Of a DNA stretch of 64,000 nucleotides, positions 25,012 to 38,162 are shown one piece after another. Position 1 is the first letter of the stretch, and each line of letters opens with the position of its first letter. Source of the DNA: the human T2T-CHM13v2.0 reference genome, Homo sapiens. The position numbers and the translations under genes are program-made. A model generated the notes under the pieces. That model did no database searches and was not told where the DNA came from. It saw nothing but the letters and a program-made list of their open reading frames with translations. The stretch lies in NCBI RefSeq assembly GCF_009914755.1, contig NC_060945.1; one strand, given 5' to 3'.

Positions 25012-27652
25012 TAACCTTCTACAGCAGACACAGGGCCTCTCCTCTGTCAGAAAGACCCCTCCAGCATGTGTAAGGGGCTGCTCTCCCTATCTTTTTAAAT
25101 TAAATAGCTTAAAGGATTAATGTACTAAACATGCATCTCACTTTTTTATTGACTGCAGAAATTTATTTGTAGTGGCTGAAATATTAGAAAAGGGAAGAAT
25201 GATGTCTCGTGCATCTGGGTTCTTGGATTTTAGGGAGACAGTAGGCAGTGACTAATTCAACCAAAATGCTTTAAAATCTGTACTTACTTCTGAATTCACA
25301 TTTAAACAAATCATGTCCCAGTGTCCAAAAGGCTGTCACCCCTCTCTGATGATACTGAAGCCTGCCACTTCTTCTGAATCAAGACCACAGGCCCTTTCTT
25401 CTGGTGTAGTAACTGACCCATAGAACTAGCCTTGGCTTCTAAGTATAGTTTCTCTCTTTCCTTTTCCGGCCCTCTAAGAAAGGCTGTTTACAGACTTGCC
25501 ATCAAGGAGCCAGTTATGTAAGTAAAGGCACTGGCAGGCCTTATTTCAGGCTGAGGGTGACGACCACAACCGGGCGCATGCTGACCTCGCTTACGTGGCA
25601 TCCCCTTTCGGCGGGCCTGCCATTGCTCTTGGGTCAGGGTAGGCGGGGAGAGTCCCCATGAGGTTGGCTGGACACCCTGGATGTCCCCTTTCCCAGAGTG
25701 ACCTCTGGGCTCAGTGGGGTGTCACCCAGCCCCTGACCTCCACTCCTTTTCAGACAGAGCTGCTACACTATGTCACGTAGCAGGCAGTTTCTCAGTGGCC
25801 TCTTGAAGAGACATGTAAAGAAAGCTGGGGGGCGGGGAGCAAATGTGGGAAAGAGAATGAGGCGCTGCTGTCACTTGGCCACGTGGCGAGCCCGCAGGTC
25901 CCCGCGGGCGTTTTAGAGGATTGTCTTGGGGACGGTCGCACTTGCCATCCCTGTAGTCACTTGTCACTTTTCCTCCTTGACGTCTCTGAGGATCCTTCTG
26001 ATTGGCTGTGGCTCAAGAACTGTTGGGCCCACCAAACGCGGCGTGAGCACGGAGTGGGTATTTGGAGGTTGAATGTGACTCCACCGTGCACTTTGCACGC
26101 CAAGTGGGGACTCCACAAATCTCTCTTGTGATGGCCTTTCCCAAAGGGAAGCTGCAGACAGCATCGGGTAGCGGGGTGAGCTTAGCATTTTTAGATAAAG
26201 CGATCGTTATTACGCAGTCCCCCCACATGCGTCTGTGTGTATTTTTGTTGTGTGTGGGGGCATTTTAGTAGAGGGAACCCTTTTCTCTTTGAAAGTGTAA
26301 GCCCTAAGCGTGGAGTGCACTGGCCACAGAAGCCCCCACACCCACCGGGGGCTCCACAGATCCCATTTGGGGCTCTTGGGACACAGACTGGAAACTGCTT
26401 GTTTAGAGGCAGAGGTGCCTCTTGGCCTCCAGCCTTGTCTTGGTCCACCCAGTGGCTTCTTGTTTGCTATGTAAGGAGGAGGCAGCAGCAGCCCCCTGTT
26501 TGTTTTGGAAAACCAGCCATGGCCCCACACTCTTTCCCATCTCCTCCAGGAGCAAACAACTCAGGTATGGTGGCTACAAGTCCTGTTTAAGATGAGTGGC
26601 TGTGAGCACAGGGCCCGTTCTCAGCAGAAACAGAGCCTTCTGTCTGTCTCGGGGGCTCCTTGCTGCTTAGATAAGGAGCAGAGGGTCTGTGTCTGTGGCT
26701 TTAAACCAGCCCAGCAAGTGGACCCTGAAGCACTTTACAAATCCTGCAAGGGCCGTGGGCGGCCTTTGGGCATCTGGGTCCTACCTGAGGCCAAGTAGGT
26801 CTTCTGTGTTGACCTGCGGTCACTTCTCTGCGGGTCAGAGGGTGCGCTTCTCCTGGCTAAGCGGCCTCGTTCCGCTTGACTTTTCTCCAGCTGGCTGCAT
26901 TTCACCCACTGCTGAGCCTGTTTCCTGCGGAACGGCCTGTGAAGTCCTGTAGCCCTCAGCTTGCTATGAGTGGAACTCGCCTGGGGCTGCCCCAGGGACT
27001 GCTTCCGTGGGGCTGGGGGAATTCGAGGCTTCTCAAAGCCCCCCGAGGAGATTCCAGTGCTTAGCCACAGTAGAGCATTACTGATGTAGTTTTCTAAACT
27101 GGACGATTAGCAGAATTCATGAGAGAAAAGTTTATTCAGAAACTCAAGTCGCCATTCTTTGCTTTCACGTGCCGTGATGGGATTATCATCGGGAGCATGT
27201 TAGGCATCTGCACTCAGCCTTGTCATCTTCATTCCAGAGCACCTGACTATGTGGCCACATGTGAATATCTTCATCAGAGACCCGCTCTCCATGCCAGAGT
27301 CCTAGCTGTGAAGCCGGGCTTCCTGGGGCACGTAGACGCTGGGCTGCCCCCAAGGCCACCCACTGGGTGCCCACACTGGGCTGCACTCGGTGCCACCTGC
27401 CACCCGGTTTCCAAATGTCTGTTTTCCACTGGAAGAGAATTCTAAATATTCTAAATATCAAGGGGCAGGGGAATGTGGAATACATTACCATTTTCTTTTT
27501 TTTTTTTAATTAAACTACATTTTTAGTCCAACTTATAACAGGTTATAGTGAGATAAGTACCACAAAGCCTGTTTGATTTTGTGAAAGGTCTGAGATACCT
27601 AGAAGCATTTCTTTGTAAGACCTTGAACCTCATAGCTCACTCATGAAGAATA

Positions 27653-27851
27653 TTTTTATTTTATTTTCATTCTTTTTTGAGACAGGGTCTTGCCCGGGCT
27701 GAAGGACAGCCGCACAATCACAGCTCACTGCAGCCTCCACCTCCTGGGCTCAGGTGATCCTCCTGCCTCAGCCTCCAGAGCAGCTAGGACTACAAGCGCA
27801 TACCACCACATTCCACTATTTTTTTTTAGGTCTTACTGTGTGGCCCAGGCT
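27653..27851 (-). mobile_element. Truncated Alu (J-type right arm)
   Basis: ttgagacagggtcttgc...cagctcactgcagcctccacctcctgggctcaggtgatcc. Confidence 0.85.
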
Positions 27852-28668
27852 AAGATTATTTTTATGTTATCCTTGCTCTGACTTGAAATCCCACTCTAGG
27901 TTGGGGAATCACTCTTCTTTGCTTTAATGAATGTACACTTTGTCCTTTAGGAACGTCTAGACAATCAGAATTCATAAATATCAGAATAGGTGTATTTTAA
28001 AATAATGTTGGTGTATTTTAAAATAATGTTATTTCTGGTCATATATGGCCATTGTGAACTCCTAAAAAATGCAGGATCATGTAAAGAATTTCTTATTAGC
28101 ATTTCGATAAAAATTACACATAATTCCACCACTCGCTGACAACCATTGTTGGCTTAGATTTTAGCTTCTTTCTTTCTAGAAATAGATCCTATAGTTGCCT
28201 AGTTACATACGTAGATATTTAAACATTCTTTGAGGTTATAATGACATGCAGTTTTGAATGATGTGTTATTTAATGTGTCATAAGCATTTTCCGTCATTAA
28301 AATCTCCCAACCTTTTTTTTACAAGATGTCATTCGTATGGATGTATTTGAATTTTCTATTTTTTCTCAATGATGATGTGACATCCATTTTACTTTATAAG
28401 TATCTTTTTACTTTTCAAATTATTTTTTGCCAATAGATTCCTAGAATTTCTGGATCAGAGGATCTGTGTACCTAGCCGTTCATGAAAATGCATGAATGCT
28501 AATCATTCTAACACAGTGGCCAGGTGGGAATGTCACCCAGGATGTCTCCAAGGCAGTGGAAGAGAGAGCCGCCAGGCACCCTCGTCATTAGGAAGCCTGG
28601 CCCCACTTCACCCAGACTGCCCGGCTGGTAACACCTTTCCTTTTTGTTCCCAATGGATTTGCCTCCAG

Positions 28669-28800
28669 GACCCAGAGATGCAGTGCCTGCTGCTCTCAGA
28701 TGGGAAGGGCTCCATCCACCCGAACCACGTCGTCATTCTCCCCGGGGACGGTGGGAGTGGCACGGCCGCCATCAGCTTCACAGGGGCCTTGAAAATTCCA
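28669..28800 (+). CDS. SLC37A1: SLC37A1 exon #8 (132 nt): DPEMQCLL...AISFTGALKIP
   Basis: ctccag|GACCCA acceptor and CCA|gtaagt donor; phase 0 to 0. Confidence 0.95.
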
Positions 28801-29307
28801 GTAAGTAAACGTGCCCAGGAGGAGTTTCAGAAAGGGCTGCTGTGCTGGCTGTGGGAAGTCTGGTCGGTTGATGATTAAGCTTAAAAAGACATCTGTGGTT
28901 GTAGAACCCGGGGATTCGAATCCATAGCCAAAGCTAGACGCTGCACAGTGCTAGCTTCAGGACTGAATATGGCTGCAGTGATATTTGTTCGCCTCATACC
29001 ATGTTTAAATTTTTTTTGAAATTCGTTTTCTCCATTTAGAAATTCAGAAGGTTCATAGAAAAATGGGGCTCCCTGCCTTCACTGGAAAAACGGAAAGCCT
29101 GGCACCCTGGGCCTGCCCCCATGTGACAGGTTGGGGAACTGAGGCCCTGACTACTGTGCCACCTGGCCCCTGTGGCCCGGCCCCTCCCCAGTGCACTTGC
29201 CCTCCCACAGGCCTTGAGCGTGAGCCCATGGGAGGCGCTGGCACTGAGTGCTGCGCCGTGGCCTTCGCGAGCCCGGCTGGATTCTCTTTCCCTTTAAAGT
29301 GCCTTTA

Positions 29308-29610
<303 letters not shown>

Positions 29611-30018
29611 AGTGCCTTCAGTGCCACAGCCCGTGGTCTGATTGCCCGTGTGTGTGAGCAGAGGATGCCAAGAGTGAGGGGGAGGATGCAGGGACCAAGG
29701 GAAGAACGAGTAGCACAGGCGGGAGAAGCCCTCAGAAGCTGGACCGGGCTGGTCCTCGGTGGTGCTGCTGGCCTTGCCTCCAGACTAGAAGGGCGTGATC
29801 AGCGGGTGATCAGTATCGGGAACAAGGTGACTTGGAGCAGATGAGCGGGAGGGGCACTGTAGGGAGATTTCTTGCTGCTTTCAGTTTTTATTACATTGAT
29901 GGACTCTCTCAGCAGAGAATCTAAGGAGCTGTGCACAGGGTGTGGAGACACTGTGTTCTTCCGATGGGGGCAGAGGGCTGAGAGCAGGGGCGTGGGAGGG
30001 AGACCAGACCCTGCTGTG

Positions 30019-30097
30019 TGGGCTGGGCAGGCTGTCCAGGGTGGGCTGTCCAGGGGGCGCTGTCCAGGGTGGGCTGTTTGGCGGGGCTGTCCAGGCC
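30019..30097. repeat. Degenerate G-rich repeat of GGGCTGTCCAGG-type units
   Basis: Four ctgtccagg copies within 80 bp. Confidence 0.7.
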
Positions 30098-30599
30098 GTG
30101 CTCTCCAGCACTGACAGCCACAGCACCAGGGAGCAGACACAGCTCTCGCTTGTTGACACAACCTAGAGAAAGGCAGAGGGCCAGGGGCACAGGCCCGAGG
30201 CCCCTCAGCAGGTCAGGGCTGGAAGTATAAACAATGCAACCCAGACCTCAAAATCATATCACAGAAATTAAAGACTGGGGAGAACCTTGGCTTCAGAACA
30301 GAAAGTATTCCAGTGCCCAGGAGAAACTGGGTCTGCAGAGGTGGACCCTGGAGCCAGTGTTCAGCCAGAGGAGAACGTCCCAGCCCAGGGTGGGCACCAG
30401 CTTATGGGGAAAGGGCTGTGCATGCTGGCCTGTGGAAGCTGCTGGGTTTAAGTAAAAAGATTTGTTTTTAATTGTGTCCTTAATGCTAGTGACCTTTTCT
30501 GCTGTACCTTCCTCTGTAGCTACCCCCAAATACTTGTACCAAAAGTAGGGTGCACACTAGCATAAAAATACAGGTTTTTATATAGTGGAGGTATAGACA

Positions 30600-30810
30600 G
30601 TATGGGCTTCAGAGGTCCCGCTCAAGCCTCCCCCTGCCACCGCCAGGCTGAGTGTTCAGGCAAGTGTGGCACACTCTGAGCCTCCATGTCCTCATCTGTC
30701 ACACGGGTTCCATCCCTGGGGTAATACCATATGTTGTTCTGAGGATGAAGTGAGGTCATTTAATGACAACTAAGCACAATGCCAGGCCCATGAAAGGCAT
30801 ACGGTAAATT
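30600..30810. mobile_element. MIR SINE
   Basis: ggcaagtg...ctctgagcctccatgtcctcatctgtc...gttctgaggatgaagtgag. Confidence 0.65.
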
Positions 30811-31790
30811 ACACGTACACATCCTCATCAACTGTGAAGACATCAACTCGTTTCATTTTAGAATGACTTGGCAAAGTAGAGCGCTGGGTTCCCCCGGCCC
30901 CCATTCTGATTGATTTCCAGTGCACAGACGGCTGGGGGATTCAGTGCCACAATGTTACTGGATTTCTCACTCTGAATTTTCAGATGGCATCTGGAATTTT
31001 TATCTCACAAGTGCCACCTCTTTCTAAAAGTAGACATAAAACAAACACAAACAGGCATTTTACAGAACCCACCACTCGATTTCCTCACTCATACCTACGT
31101 GTCTCTTTTCACTGTTTTCCCTGATACGGACTGGTCTGTAGTACTCACAAGGCGGGATGCGGTAGCCTGTACGCCTGTGTGCTGACACAATGGTCGGAAT
31201 TGTTTCATCTGTGTGTTTCCAGGTGGCTTGATAATGTACAATGATTTCAGTTCCAGGGAAAAAGAAGGAGCCATTCGATACTCAGTCCACTGCACCCGGC
31301 TATACGAGAACTCTTTTAATAGCTAAGTTTTCCAGGCGATGTAGTATGAAAATCAAACCCGTCCATGTTTGCATTGACTCGACTCTGATGTAAAGACACT
31401 GGGTTTTGATCCTGAACTCCATTTCGAAATTCAGAAACGCCGTAGATAAACAGGGCTTCCTGTCTTCACTTGAAAAGTAGAAAATCTGGCCACGCTGGGC
31501 CTGCACCCCATGTGACAGTGGCCGAGGAGCTGCAGCTGGGGCCCCACCCTTCTCAGAGGCCCCGCCCCTCCCTGGTGCCCCTGCTCGGGGTGAGCGCTCC
31601 ACTGTTCCCGCGTCCTCACTACACCACACAGCGGTGCAGCACCCTCCCCAGTACGTGTCTGGAGGTGCTAAAGCCAGACCAGAGACAGGATGTCTTTATG
31701 GGAGCGAAGTCATATTTAACTCTGTTGCATGTTTACACACACCTGCTGACTCCACATTTGGAGGAGACGCCTGACTGCTCTCTCTTTCAG

Positions 31791-31881
31791 GGCGTGATAG
31801 AGTTCTCACTGTGTCTGCTGTTTGCCAAGCTGGTCAGCTATACTTTCCTCTTCTGGCTGCCCCTGTACATCACGAATGTGG
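31791..31881 (+). CDS. SLC37A1: SLC37A1 exon #9 (91 nt): GVIEFSLCLLFAKLVSYTFLFWLPLYITNV
   Basis: ctttcag|GGCGTG acceptor and GTGG|gtgagt donor; phase 0 to 1. Confidence 0.96.
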
Positions 31882-33526
31882 GTGAGTATCCACGCTAGAA
31901 CACATTAAATTCCGCACAGTGACTGGGGTCCGAAGTCTCTTCTGTCTGCTGGTTTCTAGAGTATTGAAAACACAAGGTCATGAAGGGTGATTTGAGAGGT
32001 ACACCTTTGAATAAAGTACTATGATGAAACATAGGCTAAAAGAATTCAGATATGCACATTGTATTGCCATAATGGTAAACTTTATGGGGCTTCACGGTTG
32101 ACACGTTCTATCCCAGCTAGGGCTACCAGTTCATGAGGTACTTCCTGTTCTGGGGCAGCCTGCGTTTAAACGTGGGCTACACTGAACTTTGGATCATAGC
32201 AGCCAGTGAGCAGAAGCAGAGCCTTTGGGGACCTGAGAAAAGAAATCTCTGATACTCTGACCTGGAAATGGCTTCTGGGAGATAGCGTCTCATTTTTGGC
32301 AGGGCCGACAGTTTGCTTTATGTTTCAGAAGCCCCGCAGTGGCTGCAGCTATAGATTATCAGAAAACGTGCCAGTGAAATAGTAACATGCCCCCCCATGT
32401 CATGTGTGAACACAGGACAGACAAGAGGAGATGAACAGTGCTTAAGGGAAGGAGCCGTTGAGTGGGGAAATTGGAACCCTGGCTGAGAGGAAGCGGGGAT
32501 GGTCCAGGAGCACGTGGAGGGCTCTTCGCCCCGGGAGCCAGAGAGAGCGAGAGGAAGGAGAAGACACACGCTGGGCCGTCAGGGAGGGGCAGAATCCGGC
32601 AATGTCTCAAAGAGGAGGCCTTTGAGAATGGGGGAGGCTGAGGAGCACAGACCACCTATTCTGGGGATGCAGATCCCACCAGAGGAGGATGCTGGCAGCA
32701 CGAGGCTGGAGACTGAATACCCTGGGAGGGAAGTTGAGGAGGCGGTCTGGGGACTGTCCCACAGCCTAGCAGGGACAGGGCCTGCCCCAAGGGCCAGTGA
32801 CTGGGGAGGCAGCAAGGAGCACCCTTGGATCCTGAGGTTCCTTCCCTGCCTTGTGACCCCCGCCTCACTTTGGCCAGTGAGCTGCACACAGCTGGGCCTT
32901 CTTTCTCCCTTCTTCCCCTGTGGTTGCAAAAGGGGTGACGTTCTCAGGACTTGAGTCTTGAACTGCTGACATTTCCAGTCTGTTTGAAAAAAGCAAAATT
33001 TTCTGTCCATGCCATTGATGATTCGGAACGGCTGGGTTTGACCCACAGCCCCAGATGCCGTGCAGTTTCCTCTCCCACACCCGGCTGGCTCAGTCCACCT
33101 TAAAGCCCAGAACCTGTACAAAACCTCATGGAGGGCACCCTGAGCTGGTGCCGGGAGGCCTCTGTGTCCTCATCTGCAGTTCTAAAGCCGTGTGACAGGA
33201 TGATCGAGCATCCAGGCGCCTTGCACACCTCCACTTCTGTCCTGTGTTAATCTAACTTTATGGCGGAGGGGCCCCTGGGGGGGTCTCTGAACCAAAGGTG
33301 GGATAATTAGACTGAGCAGAGGAAAGCCACGGTTTTTGGTTAAGAGTGTTTTCATCCTTTCTGTGTTACTTGTTTTTTAAATCTGAGTTAACTACTAATT
33401 GCTCCTCGGTATAAATCAAGCTTATGAAGCCAGAGTCCCGTGCACGGGTCCTGTTCTGCCATGGTGTGTCGCTGCGATGCGTGAAGGAGATCCTCACTGT
33501 TTCACACTCCGTTGTCATTTCAATAG

Positions 33527-33589
33527 ATCACCTTGATGCCAAAAAGGCGGGGGAGCTCTCCACCCTGTTTGACGTGGGCGGAATCTTTG
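33527..33589 (+). CDS. SLC37A1: SLC37A1 exon #10 (63 nt): DHLDAKKAGELSTLFDVGGIF
   Basis: caatag|ATCACC acceptor and TTTG|gtgagt donor; phase 1 to 1. Confidence 0.95.
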
Positions 33590-33813
33590 GTGAGTTCATT
33601 AAGACTTGTTCTGCTGCAACAATAATTTCGCAAGGCGCATGATCTCTGAGTTGATTCACTGCTCAGGGGAACAGGGTTCCCCAAGGTCTCATATCCCCTG
33701 AGTGGGCCCAGCCCAAGAGGGTCAGGCTGTCACCTGGGGGTGGTTTTATTGTCTCCCGTCCCTCCCCAGGGCCCTGACTCTGCACTTGAACAGCTTCCCT
33801 CAGAAATAGCATG

Positions 33814-34240
<427 letters not shown>

Positions 34241-34430
34241 TCACATCTGACCACAACCAATGGAGGCCTGTGGGGAGGTCAGGGCTGTGAGAAGGCTGCC
34301 TGCCCGTGATGCATGGAGAGAGGGGCTTGGGAAAGGAGGAGGCCGTTCTCCGAGCTCCTGCAGTTCTGCTTCCTCCCCGTGGGCTCATGCCCTGGGACGT
34401 CAGTGCCTGAAGCCCGCCTCTCCGTTGCAG

Positions 34431-34516
34431 GTGGGATCCTGGCAGGTGTGATCTCAGACCGACTGGAGAAAAGGGCCTCCACCTGCGGCCTGATGCTGCT
34501 GCTCGCGGCCCCCACG
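34431..34516 (+). CDS. SLC37A1: SLC37A1 exon #11 (86 nt): GGILAGVISDRLEKRASTCGLMLLLAAPT
   Basis: ttgcag|GTGGG acceptor and ACG|gtcagc donor; second MFS motif-A copy; phase 1 to 0. Confidence 0.95.
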
Positions 34517-35549
34517 GTCAGCCGTGCTGCCTTCCCTGGGCCCCAAAGCCTGCAGACAGTCCCCCACTGTCCTCCTCGCCAGCCAGCATCCTTCCATCTG
34601 GCCCGTGCTCCACTTTCCTGACAAGCCCACTTCATTCCCTCTCATGCCTCCTGTCCCCCGACCCCTCCCTTGGCACCTGCAGGCCTCCACCAGGCTCCCT
34701 CTGCCACGTGCACAGCTGCTGCTGGTTTAGCATGGGCTGCGCGCAAGCTGCTCCTCTCTTTGGGGTGCCCCCTTGCCCCAGACAAGCTCCTGCCCATCCT
34801 TTGGGATCCGCAACACCTCCCCAACCTCTTAGGCATCGTTGACACCTCCCGTCATGATGCATGGTGCATAGTGCTTTTCAGGCATTTCGTAGCTCCTGAC
34901 CTTGGGCTGTGACACCCCCCTCTATGCCCCAGTTCCCTCATCTGGAAAATGGGACGTCAGTATCACCACCTTGCAGTGGGTTAGAAACAATGCACATGGT
35001 TACTGTTTTTATCATCGTAACATTAGAGGTAACAGGCTTGTCAGTGGACGCTGTAGCTCTGCGCGTCTGCCCCTCCGCTAGCCCCAGAACAAGGCCTGGC
35101 TTTCAGCCATCTTGGGGTTCTGGACATGGCCCAACACAGAACATGAAAGAATGCTGAGTGAAGAAATGCTTGGGTGGGCCCCTTGCTGCCACTGGGGGGT
35201 GGGCAGCCTGAGGACTTGGCAGTCAGACTAGCAAATCAGGAGCTCAAGAAGGCAGCCCCTTGGCTGGGTAGGAGCTCAGGAAGGCTGCCCTTGGCTGGGG
35301 GTGTAGGGTGGGAGCACCCTGCAGACTTCCCCAGGTCGCCTGGGGTGCTTGGTCCAAAGCCCTCGTGGTGGGGACAAGGCTCAGTACCTGAGACGGGAGG
35401 GGGCGTGGCCGTCACGCTTTTTTAGGGGTTTCCACTCTTGGGATGGCTGCCTGAGAATCACCCGCCGGGTTTTTGAGAAGTAGATTTCCAGCAATCTCGC
35501 ACTGCTTGCAGCCAGCCATGGCTTTGACCTTGTGTCTTGATGTCCACAG

Positions 35550-35598
35550 CTCTACATCTTCTCCACCATCAGCAAGATGGGGCTTGAGGCCACCATCG
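35550..35598 (+). CDS. SLC37A1: SLC37A1 exon #12 (49 nt): LYIFSTISKMGLEATI
   Basis: ccacag|CTCTAC acceptor and ATCG|gtgagt donor; phase 0 to 1. Confidence 0.94.
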
Positions 35599-36708
35599 GT
35601 GAGTATGGAGGCCTTCCTGCTTTTCTTCCACACACGTTTTTAAAGTTCACACAGCTGGCAAGATGAAATACTAAAATCAACAGGCGCATTGAGCTGGTTT
35701 AACTGGAGCACATGGTGTGGCTAAAATTGTCCCGTGTCCTCCTTTGGGCAAGACCATCTGGAGAGGCCGGGGTCTCCTCTCCCCAGTGTGAGGCTTGCCA
35801 TTCTGTGGGTTTCACTGTGAGCTGGAAGTGTGCAAGCCTGGTCTGGGGCAGTGGCCCTGGGCACTCAGTGGAGAAGCCAGATGTGACCTTGAGGGCAGCC
35901 CCTCCTGGGGCCTTGGTGGGGCTGGCGGGGCTGCAGCAGCCTGCGACCTGCCACCTGCACCCTGCACCCCTGGTGGTGAGAGCAGCTCAGGCTGGCTCTT
36001 GGGCCACGTCAGGTAGCCAGGAACCTGGCGGTGTGACCTGAACAGGGTCCGGCCAGGAGCCAGGGCAGGTGGCCCCCCAGCCACCTCCTCCCAGCTTTGT
36101 CAGCTGCCCCTCCAGGATCGGTTGCGTAACCTTGGAGGACTATTTTGAACACCCTGCAGGCAGCGCTATCAAACTATGCCTCCAGCACTTAGAAGTATGC
36201 TTTCTGTCCTAATGAGCCAGCAGTGGGGATGTGTGGTCCCCTTAAATGTTATCCAGAAGGCAGCTTGCCCACAGGAGAGGAAGCGGAATTTCCTGTGACC
36301 CCCCCTCAGGCCAGAAGCTTCCTCACCTGAGTGTGAGCCTAGAGGAGAGTTTAGGAAATGACCTGGTCCGGAGAGAGGGTGGGGGTCTGCCCTCAGCGAG
36401 CACCACAGCAGCTGTGGGTGAGGAGAGGAAGGCCTTTCTGCTGCAGATGAAGCAGGGGTCAGCCCAGGCCCAGGGTCCGGCCTGTGATCGCTCCCTCATG
36501 GTGGCAGCTGCTGCCCTTCGAGGGTGGATGAGCCTGAGTCTTAGGGAGGGTATGATTTGCTTTAGCTCCTCACTAGACAAGTTTAGAGGAAGCTGTTTCT
36601 GCTGCATCCCCTCCCTGTGCTCCCCAGGCGCCCACCTCAGGCTGCTCCTATGCATGCGGGGCTCTCTGGAGGGCACATTTCCATTCTTTGCCCCTCTGCC
36701 TCCCACAG

Positions 36709-36782
36709 CCATGCTGCTGCTCAGCGGAGCCCTGGTCAGTGGGCCCTACACACTCATCACCACCGCCGTCTCCGCCGACCTG
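36709..36782 (+). CDS. SLC37A1: SLC37A1 exon #13 (74 nt): AMLLLSGALVSGPYTLITTAVSADL
   Basis: cccacag|CCATG acceptor and CTG|gtgagt donor; phase 1 to 0. Confidence 0.96.
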
Positions 36783-38083
36783 GTGAGTAGAACCGGGAGA
36801 GACACCAGCCCTGTGGGCACCCTGCCATGTGCCATTCATGACAAAAGTGGCCTCCATTACTGTTAGTAAAACTGCATTTGCAGAAGCACGTTTTTGGCAG
36901 CTCACCTACACCTGTGGTCTCCAGCCTTCCCGCACCTGTCCCCCTGCTCACCCTTCTCCTAAAATCATGGGCAGGTTGGTGCAAAACTCACCGTTCAGCA
37001 CAACAAAAGGCTCTTGGGCGCCATCCTCATGACTCAGGCGCCTTTTCAATCCAAGGGGGCAGGGGAGAGGTCCTGTCCTGGACGCCTCTGCAGAGAGAGA
37101 GGGGCCACGAAGAGGCGCTGGGGGATTCGGCCCTTCTCATCCAGGTACCATGCCCTGCCTTGGTCACCTTTGTATTGGACGTGTCCTGAAACTGCCTGAG
37201 TGTGCGTGAGCATGCAGACTTGTGTCTACATGGGCATGGAAAATTCTGGAAGGATCCACATCAGACCATTAGCAATGGTCAGCCTTCACGGGGTAGAGGC
37301 AGAGGAGAGACTTTCACTTATTTTTTAGACTTCAAAATACGTAGGTTCTGGATGATTTTCATATTGTGTGTTCTTTATTTTATATACATATTACGTGCAT
37401 ATACAAGCATTTATTTTTTTGAACGCTGGTTCATTTTTATAGTTTTAGGCTTCTAGGCACTGTTTCCCCTGATCTTTTTCCCCTCCTATTGTCCTCATTT
37501 TGGCTTTTTTCCCATTATCTATGCAACATTTTCAAAACCAGAGCTCCTGGCGGCTGCTCACCGAGGACCTGTGCCAGCCTTGGTTTCTCAGCTCTCCCCT
37601 CCTCCCTTCTTCCCCTGGCGTTTGCTATTGATCAGGTTGAATTTTAGGTCCTGCAGAGACATCTGACAGGGGTCCCAGGAAGGCCCTGGCTGTCGAGGAA
37701 TCCAGCAGACACGTGGATGTGTCTGGGAAGGAAGGCCGGCGCAGCTCAGGGCAGGGGCGCGCGTTGCGCACCTTCACGCCTCTCACGCTGGCTGCTCTGG
37801 GGCCTCAGGGAGGAGCAGGACTGTGCGGAACAAACGTTTTTTATTTGAAGAGAATCCTAAGAGTTCTTGTAACTAGAACCAAGCATTTCTGATGACTTTT
37901 GACTCTTAAAAACCCTTGAAGTTTTAACTCTCCAAGGCAAGCTTGGGGTGGAGTTTAAATAATGGGAAACACCCTCACGATGAGTTGTTTTGCAGAGCAG
38001 TTTGAGTAAATGGTCATACAGAGGCTTAGGTTTACTTCTCATGCTGTGGCAATAACTGCACGTCTGTTTTTCCTCTCTTCTAG

Positions 38084-38162
38084 GGGACTCATAAAAGTCT
38101 GAAAGGCAACGCGCACGCCCTCTCCACCGTGACGGCCATCATTGACGGGACGGGCTCTGTAG
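38084..38162 (+). CDS. SLC37A1: SLC37A1 exon #14 (79 nt): GTHKSLKGNAHALSTVTAIIDGTGSV
   Basis: cttctag|GGGACT acceptor and GTAG|gtgcgc donor; phase 0 to 1. Confidence 0.96.

Noticed and set aside
27989-28030. 21-bp perfect direct duplication
   Set aside because: Simple slippage event in AT-rich intron with no functional cue
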